Positions 12,595-25,563 of a DNA stretch of 64,000 nt are shown in pieces. A program made the translations under genes and the position numbers. Numbering within the stretch: the stretch's first letter is position 1; every line of letters begins with the position of its first letter. Below the pieces are notes generated by a model. It ran no database searches. It was not told the origin of the DNA and worked only from the letters and a program-made list of their open reading frames with translations. Source of the DNA: Octopus vulgaris (lineage: Eukaryota); NCBI GenBank assembly GCA_951406725.2, contig OX597814.1, forward strand, positions 176,080,001-176,144,000, written 5' to 3'.

Positions 12595-12980
12595 ATCGTG
12601 GCACTCCGTCGGTTACGACGACGAGGGTTCCAGTTGATCCGATCGACGGAACAGCCTGCTCGTAAAATTAACGTGCAAGTGGCTGAGCACTCCACAGACA
12701 CGTGTTCCCTTCTTAACGTAGCTCTCGGGGAGATTCAGTTTGACACAGATTGTGACAAGGTTGGCCGTTTGAAATACGGGTACAACAGAAATAGGAAGAA
12801 AGAGCGAGAGAAAGTTGTGGTAAAAGAGTACAGCAGGGTTCGCCACCACCTCTGCCGGAGCCTCGTGGAACTTTAGGTGTTTTCACTCAACAAACACTCA
12901 CAACAGCCGGTCTGGGAATTGAAACCGCGATCCCACGACCGCGAGTCCACTCCCCTAACTACTGGGCCATTGTGCCTCCG
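12595..12980 (-). mobile_element. SINE family C head with an alternative 3' tail
   Basis: Reverse complement head GGAGGCACAATGGCCCAGTAGTTAGGG...GGACTCGCGGTCG matches 9039; the tail differs and matches 60490-60683. Confidence 0.8.
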
Positions 12981-13425
12981 CACGAAATATATATATATAC
13001 ATTATTTGAATATTACTTCTTTCAAAGCAATCAGGAATGGTTAGGCCAGCTGTGCATGTTGATTGCGTCTAGTTAATCTTCTCTCTAAGTTGTAGTTTAT
13101 TCAAATACAGTCTGATGCATATGTGGTTTATGAGATTCTACAACTGTAATAGTTGGTGTATCTGAAATAACGAATGAACGTGACGTTGCATTCAGGCAAA
13201 CTCGTATATCTTTATGGAAATGCAATAGATAACAAAACTGCACTCGGATCAAACTCCCGTAATACCAATGAGATTTTGGTACTTTTGTTATACAAATATT
13301 ATTTATATTAATAAGAAATTTCGTGCTTTGATCACTTATGCAATATGCATGGCAAAACGCGTGATGAAATTGGTTCACTTCACTTTCTGATTTAAGTCAC
13401 TTCACTTCAACTATGTTGTAAATGG

Positions 13426-13495
<70 letters not shown>

Positions 13496-13539
13496 CTCCT
13501 ACAAATTGTTAACGTTGTACCTTGAGAAAAAAAATAAAT

Positions 13540-13995
13540 AGGAGTGGCTGTGTGGTAAGTTCCGGGTTCAGTCCCACTGCGCGGCACTTTGGGCAAGTGT
13601 CTTCTACTATACCCTTGGTCCGACCAAGGCCTTATGAGTGCATTTGGTAGACGGAAACTGAAAGAAGCCCGTCGTATATATATATATACATACATGCATA
13701 CACACACACACACATATATATATGTATATATGTGTGTGTTTGTGTGTGTGTGTGTGTGTGAGTATGTGTGTGTTCGAGTGTATGTCTGTGTTTGTCCCTC
13801 AACATCGCTTGACAACCGACGCTGGTGTGTTTACGTCCCCGTTACTTAGCGGTTCGGCAAAAGAGACCGATAGAATAATTACTAGGCTTACAAAGAATAA
13901 TTCCTGGGGTCGATTTGCTCGACTAAAGGCGGTGCTCCATCATGGCTGCAGTCAAATGACTGAAACAAGTAAAACAGTAAAAGAGTAAAAAGAGC
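13540..13995 (+). mobile_element. SINE family A (small deletion in head)
   Basis: Homology to the other family A copies. Confidence 0.9.
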
Positions 13996-14699
13996 TAAAT
14001 GTGGTTGGGGAGAGTAGAGCAATACTGGAAACAGGATAGTATTTATTTTCCAGCCTCTGCATACCGAGTTAATATATTGCTCTTGTCAACTTCCCTATTT
14101 ACTCTTCCGTACTCGATAAAACGTAGTCATACATGTACTAGAGCCGATGTAATAGACTATTCACTTTCGTGAAATGTGTGACCTTGCATCTATTTTGGAA
14201 ATTTTTGTCATTTTCGTCGTCATATGCTTTGATTATACCACATTCTTGCAGAAATTATTTTATTTTACGTCACTATATGAAAACTACGAGTAAATATATA
14301 TGCCTTAATAGTTACACATGTTCATATTCACCAAATTCACAAACACAGGGTCTCGCAAATACAACAACCATGCCGCACAATTCACTAGGTTCTTGCATGT
14401 GTATGCACGCATAATCCCGAAATGCTGAAAGAAAAACCCTCTGTCATGATTTTCTCTTATAATCCTCCATCAAACATTGGTTTATCTTGCAATATCCAAG
14501 TCGAGCGAGCGATACATACGTGAAAATTGGAGGCAAACATTCCTGAAATTACACTCTACAGCCTTAAAAAATGGAAAGAAACATTAGGCAATAAAGTCAT
14601 ACAGACATGTAATAAGACTAAATAATCTCGGCTGGAATGGCTTTCATCATAAGTTACTCAGTCAAAAACAACCAGGTGTATAAAGAGCTACGACAACAG

Positions 14700-16335
14700 C
14701 CATGTCTGAGAAAAGTGATTGAGAGGTCATCCGCCTCATAATTCACCTTCTGTATAAAATCCATGCATCTCAGTTCAAACTCCCTTTAATTGTGCAAAAT
14801 CCGTATCCTTTATTCCTTTCTAACACAAATTTCTCATCTTTTGTCTCTGATCTGTATCTCTTGTCCAGGTTTACTCTCTATTTCTAGTATTCAGTATTCA
14901 AAAAGATTGTGTCTGCGCATGCGAGGTATACATCCTCTCCTCCACTTTCTCTAAACTAGACGTTTACAATAATTAGTTTTCATAGTAATTTCGGATGCAA
15001 CTCTTTCTCATTTCTTTATGATCATCAGTCCTGTCTATACTGAACTCGAATTCTGCCCATCCGTTAACAGGTGATCGACCGTATTCGTCTTCTATTAAAT
15101 TAAGAAACAAAAGACAAGGCGGAAACTCACCTCACGTTTCGCTGTCTGCTTTCATCACAGTGACTTCAATATACACAATTCCTTTAGATTTCCCACGGAC
15201 GCTGATGTCCGTGTGGCCGAATTATTTTCAACGTTTTTCTCTTTGCACCAGCTAATCCACTTATATTTTAGAATCAGTAACAGATTCACCAAACCGTCTT
15301 GGTATTTTTAGTTTTCTAAACCGACCTGTTATCACATTCTCTTCCCTCGTACAGTCGTCCAACCATTGATTAATCAAGGCGTGCTGCAACAAATATAACC
15401 TCAATGCAACATTCTTTGACCACCTTCTCTCTAGTATCTTAAACCAGCTAAGACAAGAAGCTACATCACCCAACAGGAAGAAAAAAAATTGTCAAAAGTT
15501 TCAGAAACTTTCCAGTCGCATCAGCCCGACGTCGAGAGAGAAAAGTTAAAGTCTTTGGTTCCTGTCCTCATCAAACACTTCAACCTTTCTCCTCTCGATG
15601 GCGATCTACAACATCCTACCGAAATTTCCAAGTGTGTCCTATTTCTAACGAACGCCAACTTCTTTAGATCTTATCAAACTAACGTTCTTTAACATCTGAA
15701 AATATAAAGAAACAGTGATATACTGATATACGATCAATTCTTTATTTCATTCAATCTTTTTCTCTCCACAATGAGATCTTTTCACTTTGACCGGCAGATT
15801 TTAAAAATAATTTCTTTGTAACTAAACACTTTTAAACTTCGTATACTGGTAGAATGTGTCACATAAAACATCCTTTTCTCTTGGCGTTCTTGAGAAAATT
15901 CTGTAGTTTGTAAGCTATTTCTTGTTTAATTTCTCGTATTTCGGCAATTTCTACAATTCAATGACGTCTATTGAGGTGAATACAACCACTGCTGTAATCT
16001 GCCAGTCAAAGTGAAAAGATCCCCTCAATGATAAAAGTATGGTTTCTTATGTCCATATCTATCATAGGCGTAATTTCATCGTCATCTATGAGTTGTCTCC
16101 CTGCCTTGACATCTTCTCTTAAAGCACCATTAGCTGCTGGTGACATCAATAAAATTTACGACATTATCTGGATTGAAAACACCCGAACAAGATTATCCAC
16201 CTGCAGTTTCCATTCAGCTTTGATATGCTGGAACGGAATTTTTCTGTCAGACCATTTCCTCTCCAAAATGCATTCGATTAACTCTGGTATACTTCGAGGT
16301 TCGATTATATCTCCAAACTTTTTTATTTTTTAGTA
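14700..16335 (-). pseudogene. Possible heavily decayed retrotransposon gag/ORF1-like remnant, interrupted by a MITE
   Basis: Non-repetitive coding-like stretches on the minus strand (ORF 15261-15473; KIKKFGDIIEPRSIPELIECILE...); no diagnostic motif intact. Confidence 0.25.
15773..16023. mobile_element. MITE, ~250 bp, ~27 bp TIRs (possibly PIF/Harbinger-like)
   Basis: GAGATCTTTTCACTTTGACCGGCAGATT ... AATCTGCCAGTCAAAGTGAAAAGATCCC. Confidence 0.75.
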
Positions 16336-16400
16336 ACTTGCTTGAAATCGGAAAAAAAACTAAAATAAAATAAATACATACAAACAAATAAAATAAACAA

Positions 16401-16489
<89 letters not shown>

Positions 16490-16579
16490 TATATATATAA
16501 ACATATAATTATATATACATACATACATACGTACATACATACATACATACATACGTACATACATACATACATACATACA

Positions 16580-16611
<32 letters not shown>

Positions 16612-17390
16612 CACACACATACATACATATTCTCTTTCTCCCACAACACACAATACACGCTAATTGCATAGACGTATGTTTAGCTTATGTCCATTTGGCA
16701 ATGTGTTAGAAACCCAAAACGAAAAGTGGAAAAAGTGAGAATTGAATGACAAGGTGGAAAAGCTGGAGTGTGGAGTGGCAGACAGAATCATTTTTCAACA
16801 GAGATTTCTGTTAGATGCCAATTATAAGACGTAAGACTAGTTTACAATGTGTAAGACAGAAAAACAGAAATATCTCTCTGTATATACATAGATCGATAGA
16901 CAGAATAAAAAGCATCTTTTATCTGAAGCGATGGGAAGCTTAATTGCCTCACTAACTTTGGCAATCATCCTTTATCTCATATAGAGTGAAATTAAAAATA
17001 AAAGAAAACAAGCTAAACAATAAACAAAAATGAGAAAAATAAGGGGCATCAATGTTTAACTTAAGTTGCAAACATCAAACTTCATTCAAGGGAAGTCAAT
17101 CTTTATCTGTGATAGAAACAGGAAAAAAAAAGAAAAAGAAATTTAAATAAGAAACAGAAGAAAACTGAAAAGGTCAAACGTGTCAAACCAGTATCACGTT
17201 TACCCAAACATTGACCTCAGGTTTCGCACTGAAATTAAAATGGCGATAGCTGATTAAATATATCCCGTATATAGATTGGTTAGCGCTGAGAGTATCACGT
17301 TGGAATTTGACCAGAAAACGCACAGACAGATGCATTCACCCATACGCGCATACACGTTAGTATATGTGTATAAGTATATATATGTGTGTG

Positions 17391-17433
<43 letters not shown>

Positions 17434-17439
17434 TTATGT

Positions 17440-17672
17440 ATATTACGGAGATGTATTTGCATAGCAAGTGACCAGATCCGAGATCGTGTGCTGGAACGAA
17501 AAGAATTGCAGCATGGAAGGTGTTTATAAGCCACTTAAGAAACGCACAAAAACCGTTAGATTCACTTCAATATTCAAATTTAATTTGCCAAAATATTTTC
17601 GTCGCTCTGAGACTGCGACCTGTTCACTGACAAAATTCCGTGCTGCATCAGAGAAAGTAACAGATAGTTCAT
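17440..17672 (-). mobile_element. PLE-type terminal repeat carrying a G3-C8 hammerhead
   Basis: Homologous to 56925-57135; the adjacent segment 17885-17980 is homologous to 56820-56915. Confidence 0.65.
17584..17634 (-). ncRNA. Minimal type-I hammerhead ribozyme, G3-C8 core variant
   Basis: Minus strand TTTGTCA-GTGAACA-G-GTCGC(agtctcaga)GCGAC-GAAA-ATAT-TT-TGGCAAA: stem I, core, stem II, palindromic stem III. Confidence 0.6.
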
Positions 17673-17673
17673 G

Positions 17674-17704
<31 letters not shown>

Positions 17705-17767
17705 TGTATGTATGTATGTATGTATGTATGTATGTATGCATGTATGTATGTATGTATGTATGTGTGC

Positions 17768-17799
<32 letters not shown>

Positions 17800-17840
17800 G
17801 TATGCAAGTATGTATGTTTATATATAAATATGCATATGTA

Positions 17841-17884
<44 letters not shown>

Positions 17885-17978
17885 ATTTCCTAAGTCTCTC
17901 TAAAGGAGACTACGGCAGCGGTACTGGAAATTGACAGTTATCGCCAAGCTAATATGGCAGTCTATAAATATAAGACTA

Positions 17979-18055
<77 letters not shown>

Positions 18056-18632
18056 TCTATGTTAATAATAAAAGAAAGAAGTATACCTACAACCATATAG
18101 AATCCAATATAAATATAATGTATAATTCAGAGCAGATTTTATATATATCTTTGTGTGTTTAAATTAATAAACTGCTGCCTTTTTGAGAGAACATCTTGTC
18201 AAGTATGTCAACGTCTAAAACTTTCGATTCAAATGGCTGTTGCATGACACATTAGACACACACACACACATACACACTCGCGCGCGTACACATGACACAC
18301 ATAGTACACATCCACACATTAATGAATGACAAGAGAGCAGGAGTTACGTAATCACAATCACCAATTTACGGCTGTTTTGGTTATAGTAAGCAGTATATTC
18401 AAAGTTGAGCGCTTGTGCAACATTCTGTAGCTTCCGTCATGCGTTTAAATGCTTTCTGAAGTAATCATACACCGCATTTTAATGGCACCGGAGAAGCTAT
18501 AGGAGGTTACACAAGCACTCAGTATTTAGTACACAACATTTTCCGATATGAAATAGACTATCCATTCGTGCGTGTGTGTGTGTGCGTGTGTGTGTGTGTA
18601 TACATACATACATACATATACATATACATATA

Positions 18633-18817
18633 CCGCCATGATAGATCGTAAGCCACTACACATATTTTTTCTCTCCTTGTTTTTTTCTGTGTCCCTTTCT
18701 GTAGAAGAGTGTAGGCTCGAAACGTAAAAGACTTTTCTATTCCTGAGCGTTATACTTATACATCTGTTTGTTTTGTACACCACCTGTCTTCATCTTTTGT
18801 TTTCTTTCGTAAGCTCT

Positions 18818-18820
<3 letters not shown>
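18633..18820 (+). mobile_element. PLE-type terminal-repeat fragment with variant hammerhead-like motif
   Basis: CTTT-CTGTAGA-A-GAGT(gtag)GCTC-GAAA-CG-TA-AAAG at 18695-18730. Confidence 0.55.
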
Positions 18821-18886
<66 letters not shown>

Positions 18887-18961
18887 TAGATATTTTTATA
18901 CATAGACATATATTATTCTATATTTTTAAAATGAGGAATATGTACAATATTTACAATGGAT

Positions 18962-19075
18962 GGATAGGTGTCTTTATCTTATTTGTTGTTATCACAACGT
19001 TTCCGCTGATGAAGGCTGATGAGTACGTCAGCCGAAACGTTGTGATAACAACCATCAAGATGAGGACACCTATCC
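18962..19075 (+). ncRNA. Fold-back hairpin containing a hammerhead core (PLE inverted end), copy 1
   Basis: ~42 bp inverted arms around CTGATGA-A-GGCTGA(tgagtacg)TCAGCC-GAAA-CG-TT. Confidence 0.6.
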
Positions 19076-19089
19076 GCCTATTCTAAATA

Positions 19090-19150
<61 letters not shown>

Positions 19151-19516
19151 TGATTCAACACATCTTTATTCATACCCAAAGTGTGTGTATGTGTGTGTGT
19201 GTGTAAACACATATATATATAGGTAGAATTTACAAAAAAAAAAAATAGGACAGGTGGTGTAGACAATAAACAGATGCATTAGTTTAACACTCGGGAAGTT
19301 AAAAATACTTTAACCTTTCGAGCCAACGTTCTTCCACAGAAAGGAACACAGAAAGACAACAATCAGATGTATTAGTTTAACGCTCGGGAAGTGAAAAAGT
19401 CTTTAACATTTACATATATATATATATATATACACACACATAGATATTTTTATACATAGACATATATTATTCTATATTTTTAAAATGAGGAAATATGTAC
19501 AATATTTACAATGGAT

Positions 19517-19630
19517 GGATAGGTGTCTTTATCTTATTTGTTGTTATCACAACGTTTCCGCTGATGAAGGCTGATGAGTACGTCAGCCGAAACGTTGTGA
19601 TAACAACAGACAAGATGAGGACACCTATCC
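19517..19630 (+). ncRNA. Fold-back hairpin containing a hammerhead core, copy 2 (local duplication)
   Basis: Near-identical duplicate of 18880-19100 at 19435-19655. Confidence 0.6.
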
Positions 19631-19658
19631 GCCTATTCTAAATAATGTGTATATATTA

Positions 19659-19956
19659 CGATCGTGAGGTTGTGAGTTCGAATCCCGGACCGGGCTGCGT
19701 GTTGTTTTCTTGAGCAAGACACTTTATTTTACGTTACTCCAGTTCACTCAGCTGTAGAAATGAGTTGCGACATCACAGGTGCCAAGCTGTATCGGCCCTT
19801 GCCATTCCCTTCGATAACACTGGTGGCGTGGATAGGGGAGGCCGGTATGCATGGGCGACAGCTGGTCTTCCATAAACAACCTTGCTCGGACTTGTGCCTG
19901 GGAGGGTAACTTTCTAGGTGCAATCTCATGGTCAGTCATGTCCGAAGAGGGTCTCA
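19659..19956 (+). mobile_element. SINE family D (tRNA B box plus CORE-like CTTGAGCAAGACACTT), 5' truncated
   Basis: GAGTTCGAATCCCGG B box; related minus-strand copy at 36405-36630. Confidence 0.7.
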
Positions 19957-19977
19957 GCACTTATACATATAGTTATA

Positions 19978-20288
19978 TGTCTAGACATAAACATATGTGC
20001 GTATATGCTAAACTTTTGAACAGTTTCACAAATTTTGACCGTTCCGTTGATGGCTTGTATGTGTGGTGCCACATACAATTAGCTTTCTTATTAGCTTTCT
20101 TTTTTTTTTTGTTTTGAGAACCCTAATTTCTCAAGATTTATGCTGAAGCAATTTATTACATATCTCTGTGCTCCAATAATTACGGGTATAAATCTGAACT
20201 TGTGTACCGGTGCAGTAGCTGCAAATTTCTCAATAGCTCAGCGTACTTGTTTTCTTCTACGCCAATTTTTACCTTTATATTGACATCT
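19978..20288 (-). mobile_element. R4-like RLE LINE 3' fragment, copy 4 (diverged)
   Basis: Minus strand DVNIKVKIGVEENKYAELLRNLQLLHR...KFRFIPVIIGA; adjoins (TATG)n. Confidence 0.7.
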
Positions 20289-21304
20289 TATGTATATATA
20301 TATATGTATGCATGTATGTATGTTTGTATGTCTGTATGTTTGTATGCAAGTATGTTTGTATGTAGGATCGATTTTACATGTAGATGCCTTTCCTTTTAAA
20401 TGTGCTTATATATATGATTATATGGATCTTGCTCTAAGCCTAATTCTTACAAGCACCACCACTACCACCACAACCACCACCGCCACTACCACCACCACCA
20501 CAATCACTATCATCATCACCACCACCACTACGCCCCACCACCACCATTACCACTACTATACCCGTTGAGCCCTCCGACAGCAGCTTTGCACAAAAGGTAT
20601 CTTGCAATGAAATTTCCGATGTATTTATTTCTATAATCACCAAATTACACACATACTCACTAACGCACTCACACGCATATAAATAATGTATAACATGCAA
20701 TATATTTGTGTATATCTATATATCTATCTATCTGTCTGTGTGTGTATAAGCGCGTGAGTGTGCGTGCGTGCGTGTGTGTGTGTATAAGAATACAGAACCA
20801 ATAAGAGAAGTGATGTGAGAGAGTAGATACTTATTCCATACGTTTAATGCTGTTTCATAATCTTCTTAGTTATATAATGGATGTTTCATCGATATTAACA
20901 CACAAGTATAATATATATATGTATATATAGACATCTTAGAATTTAATAACCAGTGTGATTAATCTCCATGCTCGAACCTAGCTGTTGTAAGCCTGTTGAG
21001 CTATGTTTGTGTGATGAGCCTCCGAAAGTCTAAGTTATATGGAGCTGAATCAAATATCAAACTGTTGTTAAATAATAATATATGTAGTCCTACCAAATGT
21101 GTTGATCCTTTCTTTCGTTTGTCCACTTACTTATGTATGTATATTTGTGCAATTATTTCTCCCCTATAAAAAAAACATCATGCACAGGCATCGCTTGACA
21201 AAAGTAAAACCTATCAGAAAAATGGGTTATCTTTGCCTTCGCATGTGTGGGACTTTCGATCAGGCGATGGTAAAATTCGAACACGAATTTACAACCATCA
21301 AATA

Positions 21305-22152
21305 CAGGGCGTTTCAAATGTCACTGATGGGTTTCAATTTTTATTAATTTCTTCAACTTTACAAATAAATGCATGAAATTTTGAAACAATATAAGGGACA
21401 TAATGGAAGTTAATACGCACAAGTAACATTTTGTAACACTACTACAACACATATGAAAAATGACATCGCTTAAATGGCAGCCATTTTCTGTTTCTCACGC
21501 CCATGCTCTTTCCAGAACTTACACCATAACACCCACAATAATTTCAGACCCTACTTCTCTGATTTCTCGATTGATGTTCTCCTTCAGTTGCACCAGGGTC
21601 TCCAGTTTGTTGACATAAACCCTCTTTTTCAGGTGTTCCCACAAGAAAAAAATTCGGCTTAGTCAAGCCTGGGAACGGGAAGGCCAGTTGACATTGCCAT
21701 AGCGGGATATTATTCTCTTGCCAAAGCACTGCCGTAACAACTGCATTGTTTCTCTTGCGGTATAAGAAGTTGTTCGACCTTAATGGAACCATGTGTGAGG
21801 TCTACTTTGAATGACATTCACATCCCCCCAGACTCGACTAGCCCAGATTTTTCTTGTGGGGATACCTGAAAGACAGGATTTACGTCAACAAACCGGAGAC
21901 CCTAATGCAACTGAAAGAAGTGAGGTCTGAAACTCTTGAGGGTGTTATGGTGCAAGTTTTGGAAAAAGCAGAGGCATGTGAAGCCGAAAATGGCTACCAT
22001 TTAGGCGATGTCATGTTTTCATTTGTGATATAGTAGTGTTGCAAAATTTGACTTGAGCATATTAACTTCCATTATGTTCTGTATATTGTAATAAAATTTC
22101 CTGCATCTGTAATTAAAAATTGAAACCCATCAGTGACTTCTGGGAAACGCCA
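21305..22152. mobile_element. Tc1/mariner-superfamily fold-back element with ~350 bp inverted arms containing the transposase C-terminus
   Basis: TA|CAGGGCGTTTC..GTCACTGATGGGTTTCAATTTTT / AAAAATTGAAACCCATCAGTGAC..GAAACGCC; right arm encodes SPDSTSPDFFLWGYLKDRIYVNKPETLMQLKE, mirrored in the left arm. Confidence 0.85.
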
Positions 22153-22200
22153 TATATATATATATATATAATATATATAATATATAATATATAATATTTA

Positions 22201-22241
<41 letters not shown>

Positions 22242-22259
22242 TACAGAGAGAGAGTGTGT

Positions 22260-22300
<41 letters not shown>

Positions 22301-23685
22301 TTGGTAAGGAGATACGAGTAGACAAAAGAAAGAGGGAGCGATAGACAAACCGACAGAGAAGAAGGCAAGGAACAGACAGACAGACAGAAACATAGAAAGG
22401 TTAATTAGCTGATAGAAGGCAAATTCAATTTTTGCGGACAGTTTGTTTCAGAAGCCTTTTATTTTAGATCCCTTTGTAAAAACACAGAACAAAAACTGGC
22501 AAAACAGATGTTCGAATATTCTAATTAACCTTAATTCTTGAGTTTTAGCAAAACAAAAGACTGAAAGAGAGAAAATACATAATTTTTTCCCCCTTTCTTA
22601 TTTTTATCTACTAATCAAGACAATCAAACGATTTCAGTATTGATTTAATCTCGCTTGTCCCTTACACGACTGTCGAAAAAACTTTATATCTTTGTTATAT
22701 GAACATAAATCTTATGAAGAAACTATATACAGAAAATAAATATAAGCGTTATATTGCCTGTGGTGTTTCAATAGTGTTTAGTGATACATAGATTAAGTTT
22801 GTTATGTGAGGCAATTAAAATTGGCTTCAGTTGGTAATTAAACATTCTTTTATTGTTAGTTGTGTTGTTTAACCTCAGGTCAGCCTCAGCCTGTAAGCCA
22901 ATGATCAACATGCACGTAACCCTGTCCCTCCAGTCGTTTCTTCTTTTTCTTACATTTTATCTAGGATCACCTTTAACTAACCTAAACGTTTTGGGATTTG
23001 AGCTAAATTTAGTTACCATTTTTAGCAGGTTGTGTAACCAAATAAAAGCTCTCTTGATAGTTAGTACTACCGTACTTGATGGTATAAAATGGCACAGGCG
23101 TATAATAAACATTCAGACATTCAGTATCAACAGCGCATACTCAGAGAAAAGGAGAGCATCGGCGGCAAATTAGCATTTGGGGAGTCCAAATTTACATATA
23201 CGACACGAGGTGATTTTTTTAATCATGTTTCTGAGGAAAAGATTATCTTATATGCCATAAAATACGGTAATGACTGATGTTGGTGTCAAATGTTAAGCTA
23301 TCCTTGATTAAGCAGATCTATGATCAAGAATCATTGTTTTTACATTTAGTGTATTACAGATCACATTATCCCCCGAATCCTTCCTTTTTTTAAGTCGGTG
23401 TGATTTCAGAGATTTGGTTGATATTCCTAGTTGGCCAAGGTACCATTATTGACTGCATGGTAGTTAACATGTTCTTACGCGTTACACTTGCAAAGTAGTT
23501 TCAGTTATAAACAAATCCAACCTTTAGAATATCTGATAACCAAACCTAAGTTTATTAGACATTACAGTCTATATTTATATTTTCTATACTGGAGTTGATG
23601 CTTCTGGATGAGATCGGATGAAATCGTATAAGTTCGTGAGGGGTTGAAGAATCTGAAGTTGCAGGCCTGCTCCTTCATCTATTCC

Positions 23686-23778
<93 letters not shown>

Positions 23779-23783
23779 TTATT

Positions 23784-24313
23784 GAGTGAAATAGCAGCGC
23801 ATACCATCACAGTGATACTGGGGTACAAATATATGAAGCCCAATTTATTCATCATGACTACTTGTCTGATAAGACTACACCAGGTACATGCATCACTATC
23901 ATATGTGCGTGACATAGAGATTTAATATCAAGATAAACTGCACATCACCTTGCAAATGGGGCTCAGTTAGAATTTTCTTCAGGTCGAGTAGCTTATACCG
24001 CTCAAAAGGTTCCTGAATAAGGGTTGCTTAAGGGTGTTGAACGAAACACCCATGTTTCCAGAGGTGTGTTATTCAAACCCGAAAGAATCCCTGTTAACAC
24101 ATGACTATGGTACTCATCCACTACTTCTGCTCGTGATCAGAGACGCAAGGGAGATACTCAACAGGTTAAGGTCAAACAACTGACAAGAAAATCTGTGGTA
24201 TTGAGCAGAATATTTGCTGTAGCCCATGTTTTACACCAAGACAAAATATGTACATGAAAACACTTCCAATCAGTTAAGCCATGAGAGTCAGCGCCTGGTG
24301 TGCATCAGGGCAT
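23784..24313. mobile_element. (TAA)n-associated non-autonomous element, tandem copy 1
   Basis: ~530 bp unit between (TAT)n tracts. Confidence 0.8.
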
Positions 24314-24339
24314 TTATTACTATTATTATTATTATTATT

Positions 24340-24963
24340 GAGTGAGAGAGCAGTTCATGCCATCAAAGTGACACTGGGGTAAAATATACGAAGCCCAATA
24401 TACCCATCATGACTACCCGTCTGATAAAGGTACACCAGGCACATGCATCACAACCATATGTGCGCGACATGGTGATCTCATATCAAGATAAACAGCACAT
24501 GACCTTGCAGGTGGGGCCCAGTTAGAATTTTCTTCAGTTTGAGTAGCCCATCCCGCTCAAACGGTCCCTGAATAAGGGTTGTTTAAGAATGTTGAAAGAA
24601 CCACCCATGTTTCCAGAGGTGAACTATTCAAACCCCAAAGAATCCCTCTCAACACATGGCTATGATGCTCCCCACTACTTCTGCTCGTGATCAGAGATGC
24701 ACATATCGTCAGCCACTAAAGGACATGCTCAACTGGTTAAGGTCAAACAACTGACAAGCAAATCTGTGGTATTGAGCAGAATATTTGCTGTAGCCCATCT
24801 TTTATAGCAAGACAAAACAATGTACATGATAACACTTCCAATCAGTTAAGATCAGAAGCCATGAGAGCCACTGCCTGGTACTGCATCAGGGCATTTACCT
24901 GGTACTGCATCAGGGCATTTACCTGGTACTGCATCAGGGCATTTACCTGGTACTGCATCAGGC

Positions 24964-24965
<2 letters not shown>
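24340..24965. mobile_element. (TAA)n-associated non-autonomous element, tandem copy 2 (terminal 24-mer repeated 4x)
   Basis: Same unit; CCTGGTACTGCATCAGGGCATTTA repeated from 24874. Confidence 0.8.
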
Positions 24966-25014
<49 letters not shown>

Positions 25015-25027
25015 CATTATTATTATT

Positions 25028-25563
25028 GAATGAGAGAGCAGTGACACTGGGGTAAAATATACGAAGCCCAGTATACCCATCGTGACTACCAGTCTTATAA
25101 GGGTACACAAGGCACATGCATCACAACCATATGTGCGTGACATGTTGATCTCATATCAAGATTAACAGCGCATGACCTTGCAGGTGGAGCCCAGTTGGAA
25201 TTTTCTTCTGATCGAGTAGCCCATCCTGCTCAAAAGGTCCCTGAATAAAGGTTGTTTAAAGATGTGGAACGAACCCATGTTTCCGAAGGTGAATTATCCA
25301 AACCTCTAAGAATTCCTTTCAACACACGGCTATGAAGCTCCCCCACTACTCCTGCACATGATCAGAGATGCACATATCGCCAGTCACTAAGGGACATGCT
25401 CAACTAGTTAAGGTCAAACAAATGACAAGCAAATTTGTGGTATTGAGCAGAATATTTGCTGTAGCCCATCTTTTATACCAAAACAAAACAATGTACATGA
25501 TAACACTTCCAATCAGTTAAGATCTGAAGCCATGAGAGCAACTGTCTGATACTGCATTAGGGC

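Noticed and set aside
24874-24968. CRISPR-like short repeats
   Set aside because: Direct tandem 24-mers without spacers, eukaryotic context, no cas genes
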